A DNA stretch of 64,000 bases, from the IMG/VR virus record IMGVR_UViG_3300042307_002096, positions 1-64,000 of that record. One strand, given 5' to 3'. The position numbers and the translations under genes are program-made. This DNA is from a virus. Below are positions 26,640 through 36,855 of this stretch, piece by piece. Each line of letters starts with the position of its first letter. Position 1 is the stretch's first letter. The notes under the pieces are model-generated. The model did not search any database, had not been told where the DNA came from, and was given only the letters and a program-made list of their open reading frames with translations.

Positions 26640-27488
26640 ATGACTACACTAACACTTGAACAAGCCACGACAATAGTCCCAGCAATTGGAGCAAATTCCC
26701 CATCCGACCGCGTATCCAATCGCTATCAATTTGTGTCGACCCGAGACATTCTTGAACGTGTACAGCAAGACGGGTGGACAATTACGAACGCAACCGCTCA
26801 AAACCGTTCTCCTTATGCTCAACACCGAATCACTTTGGTACACCAAAATGATCTCAGTACAGCAAATGATTCTAATTCAGAGGGTATTCCTCGTATTGAA
26901 ATGTTTAACTCTCATGACCGAAGCAAACGGTTGATGTTTGCAATTGGTTTTTTTCGTTTTGTTTGTTCAAACGGTCTTATTGTAGCTTCCGGTCCTGCTG
27001 AAACAATTCGAATTAAGCATCGTTTTTCAGGAGACCGTTTGTCTGAAATTATGGAGCAAGTTTCTCAAATTTCTAGTCGTTTTCCTACAATTCAAAATAC
27101 AATTAATAATTTTAAGTCCCGCGAGATGGCTGAAGATGAGCAAGTTTTGTTTGCTCAATACGCAATTAAGGGTCGTTTTAATTATCGACCAGCAATGCCT
27201 AAACGTTTTCAAGATACAGAACGTACCGTAGAACGGCTTTTGCAATCACGTCGAGATGCTGATTCTGGTAATTCCGTTTGGCAGGTATACAACCGCGTTC
27301 AAGAAAACCTTATTAGTGGCATGGAGGGTTTCTCCCGTCCTATCCGAGGATATTTTGACAACGTTCGAGTAAACCAACTTTTGTGGAAAGGTGCTGAAAC
27401 CACGCTTCGGTTTGACAAACAACAACTCCGCTCTGCATTAATGGATCTTATTACTAAAGACGGCAAAAAAAATAAAATATCTGCTTGA
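26640..27488 (+). CDS. DUF932/DUF945-family protein
   Basis: S.RY.FVST, NSHD.S, FRFVCSNGL, W.VYNRVQEN. Confidence 0.85.
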   Translation: MTTLTLEQATTIVPAIGANSPSDRVSNRYQFVSTRDILERVQQDGWTITNATAQNRSPYAQHRITLVHQNDLSTANDSNSEGIPRIEMFNSHDRSKRLMFAIGFFRFVCSNGLIVASGPAETIRIKHRFSGDRLSEIMEQVSQISSRFPTIQNTINNFKSREMAEDEQVLFAQYAIKGRFNYRPAMPKRFQDTERTVERLLQSRRDADSGNSVWQVYNRVQENLISGMEGFSRPIRGYFDNVRVNQLLWKGAETTLRFDKQQLRSALMDLITKDGKKNKISA

Positions 27489-27522
27489 TAAAAATAAAAG
27501 AATAATTCTTAAGCTTCTGAAT

Positions 27523-27738
27523 ATGACTAGAGGAAAGATTCAATATTATTTTAAAGGAATAAAAATGAAAGAAGAGCCAGGAATTGTAGTTAACTCTACT
27601 TGTTGTGAAGTAACTGTTTCTAGGGATATTGATGGACAAATAATAAATTTTGTTCATCAAGAAGGTAAGTGGTTGTTGTCAGGCAATACAACTTCTAATA
27701 GTCTTCTATTTGGCACTCAGTTTATTTTTAATCATTAA
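27523..27738 (+). CDS. Hypothetical protein
   Basis: ORF track. Confidence 0.5.
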   Translation: MTRGKIQYYFKGIKMKEEPGIVVNSTCCEVTVSRDIDGQIINFVHQEGKWLLSGNTTSNSLLFGTQFIFNH

Positions 27739-28167
27739 ATGAAATTTTTTAACCAGAAGCTTACCAAAAAACAGCTTAGAGTGACAATTTGCAAGTTTGC
27801 TAAACAAATAGGTGTAAAAAAAGTAATTTTTAATAATAACGGAAAAAATGTTAACGGTACATACAATTCGAAAACGCAAGTATTGTACCTCAACAACAAA
27901 CAGATTAAATCCAGAATGTTGTGTACGTTTTTTCATGAACTTGGACATCATACAGCAGTTGAGCAAAATAAATGGAAAAAATATCACCATTGCTTAGTTC
28001 CGTTTATGACAGTGGATGCAATTTTTAATATTGAAAATAAAATAGATCAAATTGGTAAAAAACTTTGGCACAAACACGTTGACATCAAACAGTGGGGGAT
28101 GTATAAATACGGGTATCCAAAATCACAAAAAAATAATATTATAAAAAATTTTATCAGCAAACAATAA
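27739..28167 (+). CDS. HExxH zincin-like protein
   Basis: TFFHELGH with downstream E. Confidence 0.6.
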   Translation: MKFFNQKLTKKQLRVTICKFAKQIGVKKVIFNNNGKNVNGTYNSKTQVLYLNNKQIKSRMLCTFFHELGHHTAVEQNKWKKYHHCLVPFMTVDAIFNIENKIDQIGKKLWHKHVDIKQWGMYKYGYPKSQKNNIIKNFISKQ

Positions 28168-28382
28168 TGAGTAACCTAACAGCATACGTATACAAAGATG
28201 GAGACAAATTTTATTTTGACTCCGAAAACTACAACGATAATGGACTAAGTCTGTCAATTGATTACGAAGACGGAGACATGATTAAGTGGACTTGGGAAGG
28301 CAAAAAAATGACGGGAATTTTGAGAGAAGAAGGTCGAAATCTAGGTCTCTTTGCCATTGAAAATACGATGGTTCACGGATGA
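28167..28382 (+). CDS. Hypothetical protein
   Basis: TAATG coupling. Confidence 0.55.
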   Translation: MSNLTAYVYKDGDKFYFDSENYNDNGLSLSIDYEDGDMIKWTWEGKKMTGILREEGRNLGLFAIENTMVHG

Positions 28383-29173
28383 GAGTATTTACAGAACTAT
28401 CAATTTTTAACAGAATCACATTTGTTGAAAAAACACATTCTTACTTGATAGACGGACAACCAGCAAATAAATTGTCTGTCACGAGGTTGTTAAAAAAATT
28501 TAAAAAAGAATTTGATAAACAGGGTTCTGCAGAGCGAGTTGCTAAAAGGACAAGAACAACAGTGCAAGCCGTATTGGCTGATTGGGAGCTTGGTAATCTT
28601 TATTCAACTACGTTGGGATCAATGCTGCACAAATATATTGAAAATTATTATTGCAACAAGCGTGTAGAATTCGAGGGAAATTTTAATGGGCTGGGGTTTG
28701 ATGAAAAAAAGAAAATTGGTGAAACTCTACCAACACTAATTGGTTATTTTCAAAATTTTTATAACGACAACAAACATTTAATTTGCGTTAAAACCGAAAT
28801 TGTGCTCGGTGACATCAATGACACTAAGGTTTGTGGTATGTCAGATCTTCTTTGTTATAACACAGAAACAGATCAATTAGAGATATTAGACTTTAAGACG
28901 AACAAACGAATGGAAAAAAAGAGTCCATATGGAGATTTATTTTATCCATTTGATGATATGTCCGAAGGCGAAATTAATGAATATACAATACAGTTAAACA
29001 CATACAAATATTTTGTAGAAAAATACACAAATTTAAAAATCGATAAACTAAAAATTGTTTGGTTTAATGTCGTGAACGACAATTATAAAATTTTCGAGCT
29101 AGAGGATATTCAGCCAAAAATTAAATTAATGTTTGATAAATTCAAAGCAGCTTCTTTATTTGAAGAACAATAA
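28379..29173 (+). CDS. PD-(D/E)xK exonuclease
   Basis: SVT, G..LH..IE, E...CG.SD, ILDFKT, Y..QL..Y. Confidence 0.85.
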   Translation: MRVFTELSIFNRITFVEKTHSYLIDGQPANKLSVTRLLKKFKKEFDKQGSAERVAKRTRTTVQAVLADWELGNLYSTTLGSMLHKYIENYYCNKRVEFEGNFNGLGFDEKKKIGETLPTLIGYFQNFYNDNKHLICVKTEIVLGDINDTKVCGMSDLLCYNTETDQLEILDFKTNKRMEKKSPYGDLFYPFDDMSEGEINEYTIQLNTYKYFVEKYTNLKIDKLKIVWFNVVNDNYKIFELEDIQPKIKLMFDKFKAASLFEEQ

Positions 29174-29504
29174 ACAACGATAATATATACACTGGTGCTG
29201 CTATAATAATATTAGAACACACTAGAGCAGACATAACAGATAACCAAAATATTAAACAAAGTGGGCAACTAACCATCTTTAATATAAACTTGAAATATCT
29301 ATTATTTGAGCCCAATGAAAGATCGTATAAAAAATCAGGAAAATATTTAGTCGGGTCATTTTTAATAAAAGAAGTGTATTTTAGTCTAACATTTTCAGCA
29401 ATTTTTAATAGCTGACTGTAGTGAATAAACCAATCCGTATAAAACCAAATAATTGATATTGCAGAAATCCAAAATGTGCAGTAAAAAATTTCTACAATTA
29501 GCAT
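29142..29504 (-). CDS. Membrane protein with CPLC..FW motif
   Basis: Hydrophobic segments; start uncertain. Confidence 0.55.
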   Translation of the reverse strand: MLIVEIFYCTFWISAISIIWFYTDWFIHYSQLLKIAENVRLKYTSFIKNDPTKYFPDFLYDLSLGSNNRYFKFILKMVSCPLCLIFWLSVMSALVCSNIIIAAPVYILSLFIVLQIKKLL

Positions 29505-29523
29505 AAATAAATATAACTTAATT

Positions 29524-29916
29524 ATGAAATTTGATGATCTATACAACAGAGTGGTTTTTGTCGAGCAAGAAAATACAGAGGTTGCTCATCCGGATGATTT
29601 TAATGACGTCGAGCCAATGCCTCTTGCTGAGCCATCTTTAGAGTCAGACGAACCTGCTCTAGCAGCCGACACTCAAGCAACTTCAGGACTTACTGATTAT
29701 ATCAAATTAACGTTAGATTTTGTTAAAAAGTTACAAGACTCGGATGGAGGAGAGTCTTTACAAACATTAGTAAAGCGTTTGGATTTTCCTGGTTCTGGGT
29801 TTGATGGTATTAGTTCAGGAATGAGTTCAAAAATTTTAGCCGCAGTCAAAGCTGTCCAAGACGTTACAGCTGAACTAGTTTCTCGCAACATTCACGCTGC
29901 TAAAAACAACTCTTGA
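29524..29916 (+). CDS. Acidic protein with MKFDDLYNRVVFVE leader
   Basis: TAAATA upstream. Confidence 0.6.
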   Translation: MKFDDLYNRVVFVEQENTEVAHPDDFNDVEPMPLAEPSLESDEPALAADTQATSGLTDYIKLTLDFVKKLQDSDGGESLQTLVKRLDFPGSGFDGISSGMSSKILAAVKAVQDVTAELVSRNIHAAKNNS

Positions 29917-29946
29917 TTAATTTAGGTATTCACGTATCTTAAAAAC

Positions 29947-30963
29947 GTGGAGCTAAATCAAGAATTTCTTATAGAGACGTTTTATTCTTATTGCAAAAGA
30001 CCTTTGCATAGGAAGTATCAGAACGTTTTTAATGCAGAATGTCCCGTTTGTAAGGAAGGAAAGTCCGCCGGTAGATCTAGGCGTTTATTTTATTTTCCTC
30101 ATAAGCAGTATTTCTTTTGTCATAATTGTTCTAAGTCCTGGAAACCTTTTGAATGGGTCAAAGAAGTAACTACTCTTACTGTTCCAGAAATTATAAAAAG
30201 AAATAACGAAAAATCCGGAGAGATTACAAAATACACAAAACTCAACAAAGTTACTCCTTTAAGTGCTAACTTTGTTATACCTGATCTTCCAGAAAGTAGT
30301 ATTGAGCTCACAGACCCAACTCAAGTAGAGTTTTATAAAGACAATAAGTTTATTAAATTAGCTTTAGAGTATTGTCAAAACAGACGATTGTTGACAGCTG
30401 TTAATACATGCAAACGGTTTTTCTTGTCATTAGAAGACAAAGTACATAAAAACCGTTTGGTTATTCCTTTTTATGATAATTCAAATAAGGTAGTATGTTA
30501 CCAAACCCGATCTTTAACTAAACACCAATTTCCTAAATACCTGACAAAGTTTGGAGAAAAAGAATTATTTGGAACTAATAACATTGATTCAGAAATTCCT
30601 TATGTTTTTGTTTTCGAAGGTCCAATTGATTCTATGTTCGTAAAAAATGGAGTAGCAATGGCTTCTTTAGCACCTACTGAAAAGCAAATGCAGCAGTTAA
30701 GCAATTTGTTTGGTTATGAGCAAATTTATGTTTTTGATAACGACAAAAATAATAAACAGACAGCTAAGAAAATTGAAAAGTATATTAAAGAAGGAAAAAG
30801 GATCTTTATTTGGCCAAAAGAATTTTCCAAGTTTAAAGACTTCAATGAAGTTTGTTGCAATTTAGGATTAGATGAAATTCCGTGGAAGTTTGTTTTGAAG
30901 AATTCTGCAGAAGGACCAGAAGCATTAATAAAGCAAAAACTTCTTAGGTCCCAGCCATTTTAG
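29947..30963 (+). CDS. DNA primase (T4 gp61-like)
   Basis: CPVC..CHNC zinc finger, RLVIPF, FEGPIDS, VFDND, KDFNE. Confidence 0.9.
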   Translation: MELNQEFLIETFYSYCKRPLHRKYQNVFNAECPVCKEGKSAGRSRRLFYFPHKQYFFCHNCSKSWKPFEWVKEVTTLTVPEIIKRNNEKSGEITKYTKLNKVTPLSANFVIPDLPESSIELTDPTQVEFYKDNKFIKLALEYCQNRRLLTAVNTCKRFFLSLEDKVHKNRLVIPFYDNSNKVVCYQTRSLTKHQFPKYLTKFGEKELFGTNNIDSEIPYVFVFEGPIDSMFVKNGVAMASLAPTEKQMQQLSNLFGYEQIYVFDNDKNNKQTAKKIEKYIKEGKRIFIWPKEFSKFKDFNEVCCNLGLDEIPWKFVLKNSAEGPEALIKQKLLRSQPF

Positions 30964-32494
30964 TTCCAAGCATACCAGCTTGAGCTATTTGAGTTGCTGC
31001 TCCAAGTTTTCCTGACCAATCCGTTGGTTCTCCTTCTCGAATATAATTTCCTAAGTCTCGAATTTTGTTTATTAAGTCTTCAGCTGAATCGTTTCCGGAT
31101 TTGGATTGAACGTCGATATTAGCTAACGTATACCCTCCTTTAGGTATTGACATGTTTTGTTCGCTCGAAGAAAGAGATGAGTCTGTAGTATTAATAGGGG
31201 TATCGGTTTGTGTTTGTTCGCTCGAAGAAAGAGATGAGTCTGTAGTATTACTGGGGGTATCAGTTTGTGTTTGTTTGCTTTTTGAAGAAGCCTGAGTAGC
31301 AGCGTTTTGCAATAAAGAATTAAACGAATCGTTCTTGTTGCTCGAAAGAGATAGTACAGAAGCTGAAGGACTTGACATTCCTGTCAATTTTAATAATTCT
31401 TCCTCAGAAATTTTAGCTATTTCTTGGTTCTGTGTTTGGTTTATTACTGTAATAGTTTTATTAATTTTATCATGAATAATTTGTGTTTTTTCGTCCCCAA
31501 TATTAGGGCCGGCCATGATGGATTTAGTAGCTGTCGCTTCTGTTAAAATTTTGCAGTAGTTTAATACAGATCTATTAAAATTTGACAAACGTTTTTCAAA
31601 AACAAAATTACCATCTTTAAGTGTATTTTTTACAAATATTTCTAAATTATTTGGTTTAATTGTGTCAGAAGCAAATTGTGCGACTTGATTGTTATAATAT
31701 TTGCGAATAGCATTTCCGAGTTCCAACAATTTTTCGACTGAAGCCTTATCGTAAAGTCTTGCGTATTTTCCTTTTATGAGTTGGCCTCCTCCTGCATAAG
31801 AGTTAATATTTCCATATAAAATGTCGTTTATAAATGAATTTGCGGCTGGTACCGTGTTCATTGGATCTCTAACTTTTTTGCGAGCCGACAGCAATCCTAG
31901 TACTGTTGTGTAAATACTTGCTTTTGGATCTTTTAAATATTTTTCTAAAGCTAATTCTCCTATAACGTTTTCGGTTAATTTTTTGCGAAGACCTGATTCC
32001 AGCATGCGAGCTTGAACAGTCAATGATGAGTAATCTAATGGCCATCCATTTTCTTTGGCTTGTTTATTAAAATATTCTATATATTCGTTAATACTTTCGG
32101 TTTGCTGCTCAATATTTATTACGCTTAAATTTTTTTCAAAATCATTAAACAGCGCTTTGTTTTTGCCGCTTAATTTTTGCACAATGTACAAAATAAAATC
32201 CACGAGAGGAAATGCCTCAACATACCGTGTAAACGGCGCAATTGTAAGTTGGTTTTTGTCAGCAGATTGTCTTATTGTTGATATAAGTGTTTTTAAATCA
32301 TTCGTGCTTTGGAGAACTGGTTTTTTATAAATTTTTTGATACGCAGAATTAAATAGTTCATACGGTGTTTGATTATTATTAATTTTTGTTTCGGCAAAAA
32401 ACCCATAACTAAGATCAGAAGAGCTACTGGTGGTCTGAATCACTTCCTCAACCTCGTTCAACAAACTTTCAACAATGCTTTCAAAATCAATCAT
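30944..32494 (-). CDS. Large hypothetical protein with MIDFESIVESLLNE leader
   Basis: TAATTA 5 nt before ATG; Ser/Thr-rich segment. Confidence 0.65.
   Translation of the reverse strand: MIDFESIVESLLNEVEEVIQTTSSSSDLSYGFFAETKINNNQTPYELFNSAYQKIYKKPVLQSTNDLKTLISTIRQSADKNQLTIAPFTRYVEAFPLVDFILYIVQKLSGKNKALFNDFEKNLSVINIEQQTESINEYIEYFNKQAKENGWPLDYSSLTVQARMLESGLRKKLTENVIGELALEKYLKDPKASIYTTVLGLLSARKKVRDPMNTVPAANSFINDILYGNINSYAGGGQLIKGKYARLYDKASVEKLLELGNAIRKYYNNQVAQFASDTIKPNNLEIFVKNTLKDGNFVFEKRLSNFNRSVLNYCKILTEATATKSIMAGPNIGDEKTQIIHDKINKTITVINQTQNQEIAKISEEELLKLTGMSSPSASVLSLSSNKNDSFNSLLQNAATQASSKSKQTQTDTPSNTTDSSLSSSEQTQTDTPINTTDSSLSSSEQNMSIPKGGYTLANIDVQSKSGNDSAEDLINKIRDLGNYIREGEPTDWSGKLGAATQIAQAGMLGTKMAGT
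31157..31274. repeat. Intragenic tandem duplication, 2 x 57 bp
   Basis: QTQTDTP.NTTDSSLSSSE twice. Confidence 0.85.
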
Positions 32495-32548
32495 TATGTT
32501 AATTATCATTTTGAGGTGAAAATTGCACACAAACTATTAAATAAGAAT

Positions 32549-32848
32549 ATGACAAAGACGTTCGATCAAATTTGCAAAGGAATTCTTGGAGAGATGGTGA
32601 CTACTCCCACGACACCTACAGTGACTCCGGGACAGACTCCAAAGCCAGGAACGCCAGCTCCTAGTCAACTAACTACACAAAATCAGCAAAATTCTTCTCA
32701 TGACCTTCCAGAAGAAGTTACTAAATTGTTCATCGCTGCTAAAACTCCACAAGAAGTCAATGCTGCTTATTTAAAGCTTCAAGAGCTAAACAAAACAAAA
32801 CCAACTCAGCCTGCACCACAACCAAATGCAGCCAACCAACAAGCCTAA
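32549..32848 (+). CDS. Pro/Thr/Gln-rich protein with MTKTFDQICKGILGE leader
   Basis: TAAATA at 32538-32543. Confidence 0.6.
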   Translation: MTKTFDQICKGILGEMVTTPTTPTVTPGQTPKPGTPAPSQLTTQNQQNSSHDLPEEVTKLFIAAKTPQEVNAAYLKLQELNKTKPTQPAPQPNAANQQA

Positions 32849-33443
32849 GACTCAAAGAAGTCGTTGCACTTTTTGCGGATCTACGGATCGAGGCAAAGGA
32901 TGTCGATTTGGTCCTCATGGAGTACATTTTCATCCAGATGATACAACAAAATGTGCATATTGCGGGTCATCGGATTACGGAAAAGGTTGTAGAATAAATC
33001 CAACAAGCAATTTGCATATTCACGGTTCGGTTTATAATAATATGTACAAAGAAACAGTTCAAAGCTTCTTAGATAACAATATATTGCTGAAAGAACTTAA
33101 AAAAAATTACAAAGAATTTCAATGTTACGCTTTAGGTATTATTGATGAAAACGGAAACAAGATTAAAAATCCTGTAACAGAGTCAGAACAACTTTCGTAT
33201 ACCCCATTTACTAAAACTGTTTTAAAACTTAAAAAGTACCTTGGTTCTAAAATAGAATTAATGGAAGCAAGTGAGTGTTTGGATACAGCAATCAATCTTA
33301 ATGAAAACATTGAACATTATAAAAAAGTTTTGATGTATCAAGATAAAGTGGAATCTATTGTTAACGAATTATATAAAACATTAGATGAAGCTCAGCAGGA
33401 TGGATTACCTTTAGAAGATATTAAAAAGTTAGTAAAAGCTTAA
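32826..33443 (+). CDS. Protein with two Cys/His repeats and an LGIIDxxG domain
   Basis: CxxCGSxDxGKGC...HxH twice. Confidence 0.65.
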   Translation: MQPTNKPKTQRSRCTFCGSTDRGKGCRFGPHGVHFHPDDTTKCAYCGSSDYGKGCRINPTSNLHIHGSVYNNMYKETVQSFLDNNILLKELKKNYKEFQCYALGIIDENGNKIKNPVTESEQLSYTPFTKTVLKLKKYLGSKIELMEASECLDTAINLNENIEHYKKVLMYQDKVESIVNELYKTLDEAQQDGLPLEDIKKLVKA

Positions 33444-33453
33444 ATAAAATTAT

Positions 33454-33762
33454 ATGAAATTCCAATTTGATCAATTAGTATTAGAGTTATTAAAGGAAAA
33501 CAAAAATTATGATCCAGGAGCTGATGGGTATTTAGAATCAAAAAATTTCAATTTAACTAAAGAAATTAAAGAAACCGTAGCAAGTATGCTCAAAGGAGAG
33601 TTTTCCTTACATGGAGTATATAACACGGACATAATTCAAAATCTCAGATTTGAAGAAGGAGTTATTAAAGGTACGCACTTTACTGGCGGCAATTTTGCTT
33701 GTAAGCTTAATAATATTAAGCCACAAAACGTATCCGTAGCAGTTAAAAATAAAACAAAGTAA
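33454..33762 (+). CDS. Hypothetical protein with MKFQFDQLVLELLKE leader
   Basis: TAAATA upstream. Confidence 0.6.
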   Translation: MKFQFDQLVLELLKENKNYDPGADGYLESKNFNLTKEIKETVASMLKGEFSLHGVYNTDIIQNLRFEEGVIKGTHFTGGNFACKLNNIKPQNVSVAVKNKTK

Positions 33763-33810
33763 GGGTTAGTAAAAGCTTGACATAAACAAGAAGTATTGTA
33801 AACTTCTTAC

Positions 33811-34092
33811 ATGTCTAAAGAAACATTAAACATCACACTCACAGAAGAAGGTCTTGCTTCAGTAATTTCCGCTTTGCTTTTTTCTTGTTCCGTCAACGTC
33901 ACTTCAAATACAAACGAAGAATATCAGCAAGAATTGTTTGCTGTAGCTAAACAACTCAAAAAAGTTAAGCCAGATATCAAGCTTGACAATATCCAATTTT
34001 TGAAGGAAGATGATTATGAGGACTCACTTTCTGCTGATCTTTTGAAAGAATTTAAAAATAATTTAGAAGTGACTTCGTTTGATAATATTTGA
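33811..34092 (+). CDS. Hypothetical protein
   Basis: TTGACA...TAAACT promoter immediately upstream. Confidence 0.6.
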   Translation: MSKETLNITLTEEGLASVISALLFSCSVNVTSNTNEEYQQELFAVAKQLKKVKPDIKLDNIQFLKEDDYEDSLSADLLKEFKNNLEVTSFDNI

Positions 34093-34093
34093 T

Positions 34094-34540
34094 ATGGGAA
34101 ATTATACTTCTACTAAAATTATTGAATTGGGTTCTTGTGCTTTTAGGCAATGGAAAGCTGACGGAACTCATTGTCGGTTCTTGCATGGGTATCGCTTGAT
34201 GGCTAAGTTTTGGTTTGAATGTTCTGAATTAGATCACCGCAATTGGGGAGTCAATTTTGGAGGACTGAAAGAACTCAAACAAATCCTTCAAAAGCAATTT
34301 GATCATACTTTATGTATATCTGCTGATGATCCTCTTCTTGCTATATTTAAAATGTTGGACGGACAAGGTGGGTGCGAACTCCGAATTATGGATGGTGTAG
34401 GAATTGAAAAAACAGCAGAGTGGTGTTTTAATGCAGCTCAATTATTTTTAGAATCAAACGAAGAAACCCGCAATCGTTGCTGGGTTTCAAAAGTAGAAGT
34501 TTGGGAACATGAACAAAACAGTGCAATTTATACAAAATAA
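34094..34540 (+). CDS. queD: 6-carboxytetrahydropterin synthase
   Basis: HCRFLHGY, FDH, E..A, V.VWE...NSA.Y. Confidence 0.85.
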   Translation: MGNYTSTKIIELGSCAFRQWKADGTHCRFLHGYRLMAKFWFECSELDHRNWGVNFGGLKELKQILQKQFDHTLCISADDPLLAIFKMLDGQGGCELRIMDGVGIEKTAEWCFNAAQLFLESNEETRNRCWVSKVEVWEHEQNSAIYTK

Positions 34541-34547
34541 AAAAAAT

Positions 34548-35312
34548 ATGGATAACAACACAGAAGAAAATTATTTGCTGATTAGTGACGATGGACCTGG
34601 TTTTTTTACAATTGAGGGAGAAGGCGAGTACGTAGGACAACCGAGCGTTTTTATGAGATTGTTTGGTTGCAATCTTTCTTGCAAAGCATTCGTTTCAGAG
34701 AGTTCCCCTTATGGGTGTGATTCTTTTATTTCTTGGTCAAAAAAGAACAAATATTCGTTTGAAGAAATTTTTAATTTTTACGAAGAAAAGAATTTTATTG
34801 AACATCTTAGAAATAGAGCTATTTTTAAAATTACAGGAGGAGAACCTACACTCAGACAAGAACCGTTACTCAAATTTATTGACGCTTTTGTCATCCGTTA
34901 CGGTTTTATTCCAAGAATTGATTTTGAAACCAATGCTACCATTCAACCTGATGAACGTTGGGTTACTAAGTTTGGAGCAACCTTCACAACATCTCCAAAA
35001 TTAACTACAAACGGAGATCCAGAAGAAAAAACATACAAACCAGAAGTTCTCAAATGGCATGTTGATCACAATTCGGGTTTTAAATTTGTCATTACTTCAG
35101 ATCGGGACATTGAAGAAATTTGGAGAAAGTATGTAGAGGATTTTGAGGGTATCAACGTACCATTACAACGCATTTGGTTTATGCCTTGTTGCGGTTCAAG
35201 AGAAGAACACATTGAAAGAGCACAAGCTGTAGTAGAATATGCAAAAGCAATGCATGTCAATTTTAGTCCTCGTCTTCACTTACTCGTTTATGACATGGCA
35301 CTCAAGGTTTGA
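34548..35312 (+). CDS. queE: 7-carboxy-7-deazaguanine synthase (radical SAM)
   Basis: TIEGEG...G.PSVF.R..GCNL.C..CD, ITGGEP, ETN, SPK, SPRLH. Confidence 0.9.
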   Translation: MDNNTEENYLLISDDGPGFFTIEGEGEYVGQPSVFMRLFGCNLSCKAFVSESSPYGCDSFISWSKKNKYSFEEIFNFYEEKNFIEHLRNRAIFKITGGEPTLRQEPLLKFIDAFVIRYGFIPRIDFETNATIQPDERWVTKFGATFTTSPKLTTNGDPEEKTYKPEVLKWHVDHNSGFKFVITSDRDIEEIWRKYVEDFEGINVPLQRIWFMPCCGSREEHIERAQAVVEYAKAMHVNFSPRLHLLVYDMALKV

Positions 35313-35342
35313 TTTAATTTAAAACATCTTTAAATAAACTTT

Positions 35343-36014
35343 ATGAAAATCGCATTGATGGGTGCTCACTGTGTAGGGAAATCTACATTAATTGAAGAAT
35401 TTATTAAACATTGGCCAATGTACAAAAAGCCAGAAAAAACTTACAGAGACATTATTAAGGAAAAAAATCTTAATATTAATATGCAAGGAGACAAAGAGTC
35501 ACAAAGAGCAATTCTTAATGCCTTAGTTGATGAAGCTCAGCTTGCGAGTACGTCTGACGACAAACATATTATTTTTGATAGATGCCCAGTAGACAACATT
35601 GCTTATACACTCTGGCATTACGCAAAAGGGACGGAAGGATTTACTCCGGAGTTTGTAATGACTTGCAAGGACATTGCGGCTCTTTCCTTGAAACATATTG
35701 ATCTTATTTTTTATGTTCCAGCTCGTAAAGAAATTCCTATTACTCCGAGAGAAGGAAGAGAAACAAACGAAGCATTTCGAGAAGAAATTGACAATATTTT
35801 TGACTCATTGGTAGAGTCTTACGAAAAAAATACTGGAGCATTTTTTCCTTCAGAAGATTGTCCTGCTGTGATTCGTCTTGAAGGTCCACCAGATATGAGA
35901 ATTCCTCAGATCAAGCTTTATATTAAAGACAATGGTAACTGCTTTGGAGAAGAAGATGGTTCTTTAATTGACGCTTCTAAGGTTGTATTAGACGCAGAAA
36001 AACAACCTTTTTAA
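35343..36014 (+). CDS. P-loop nucleoside/nucleotide kinase-like (NadR/AAA_28-like)
   Basis: GAHCVGKST, IFDRCPVD..AY. Confidence 0.75.
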   Translation: MKIALMGAHCVGKSTLIEEFIKHWPMYKKPEKTYRDIIKEKNLNINMQGDKESQRAILNALVDEAQLASTSDDKHIIFDRCPVDNIAYTLWHYAKGTEGFTPEFVMTCKDIAALSLKHIDLIFYVPARKEIPITPREGRETNEAFREEIDNIFDSLVESYEKNTGAFFPSEDCPAVIRLEGPPDMRIPQIKLYIKDNGNCFGEEDGSLIDASKVVLDAEKQPF

Positions 36015-36433
36015 GTAGTAGGTTTTAACTTTAACCTCAAAGCAAAGTCATTAAACTTCCTTTGAGGTTTTTGTCGTTTAAGGCTGTTTTCAGCAGCGCT
36101 TTCAAGGTCTGGAGAATTAAGATCAAACTTACCACAATATGGTATTGGAAGCTGGCTCATCATTCCGTCAAAATAACTATCTACAAAGTTGCCAATCCTT
36201 TTTGTAATAGCTTTTTTAGAAATACACAACACTTTTGGAAACGGACTTTGGGTTGTTTTATAAGTGGATTCAATACTCTTAAAACAAAATCCTAGAATAA
36301 TACGTCTTCCATCTGCACTGTTAAGTTGAATGTTATTTTTACGAGCAAAATCAGTAGCAAATCTCAATCCTTGTTCAAAAGAAGGATAAATATCAATTAC
36401 ACAAATTCTGGATTTTGGAAATGTTTTGATCAT
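36011..36433 (-). CDS. Hypothetical protein
   Basis: Coupled to upstream minus-strand gene. Confidence 0.55.
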   Translation of the reverse strand: MIKTFPKSRICVIDIYPSFEQGLRFATDFARKNNIQLNSADGRRIILGFCFKSIESTYKTTQSPFPKVLCISKKAITKRIGNFVDSYFDGMMSQLPIPYCGKFDLNSPDLESAAENSLKRQKPQRKFNDFALRLKLKPTT

Positions 36434-36849
36434 AGCTTAAAGTTTTTAGGTGGCTTACCAATACGCACGTTTAATATACCATTATAGAAATGCTCACTTA
36501 ATATTACGTCTTGTTCAATTTGACGCTTTATTTCTTTATATCCCAATTCCCATTTAGATCCACCCCACTCTAAAATAGTAAATGTAAATTTGTCTTTGCC
36601 ATACTTAGCAATATCTTCGTTTAGCTCTTTTGACGAGCCAGTATAAGTCTTCCAATCGCTTTCCTTATGGTCAATACGGTTTCTTGTCTTTCCTTTCAAT
36701 GGTTTTCTTTTAACTCGAGAAATGCATTGTTTTTTGCCAATGTATTTTTTGGGTTCCGTCAACGCGTTGTTGCTGATTTCGTAAATGAAACCAAAAGCCT
36801 CTTGATTATAGTTCAATCCTTCAGCAAGTTGCCAGTGTCCTAAATCCAT
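36430..36849 (-). CDS. GIY-YIG nuclease-like protein
   Basis: GFIY...KYIGKK, W..Y.GSS, E...Q, FYN. Confidence 0.8.
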   Translation of the reverse strand: MDLGHWQLAEGLNYNQEAFGFIYEISNNALTEPKKYIGKKQCISRVKRKPLKGKTRNRIDHKESDWKTYTGSSKELNEDIAKYGKDKFTFTILEWGGSKWELGYKEIKRQIEQDVILSEHFYNGILNVRIGKPPKNFKL

Positions 36850-36855
36850 AAAAAT

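Noticed and set aside
28379-29173. Nuclease as evidence of a CRISPR-Cas (Cas4) system
   Set aside because: No array or other cas genes; lacks the Cas4 Fe-S cysteine pattern; ordinary phage PD-(D/E)xK exonuclease.
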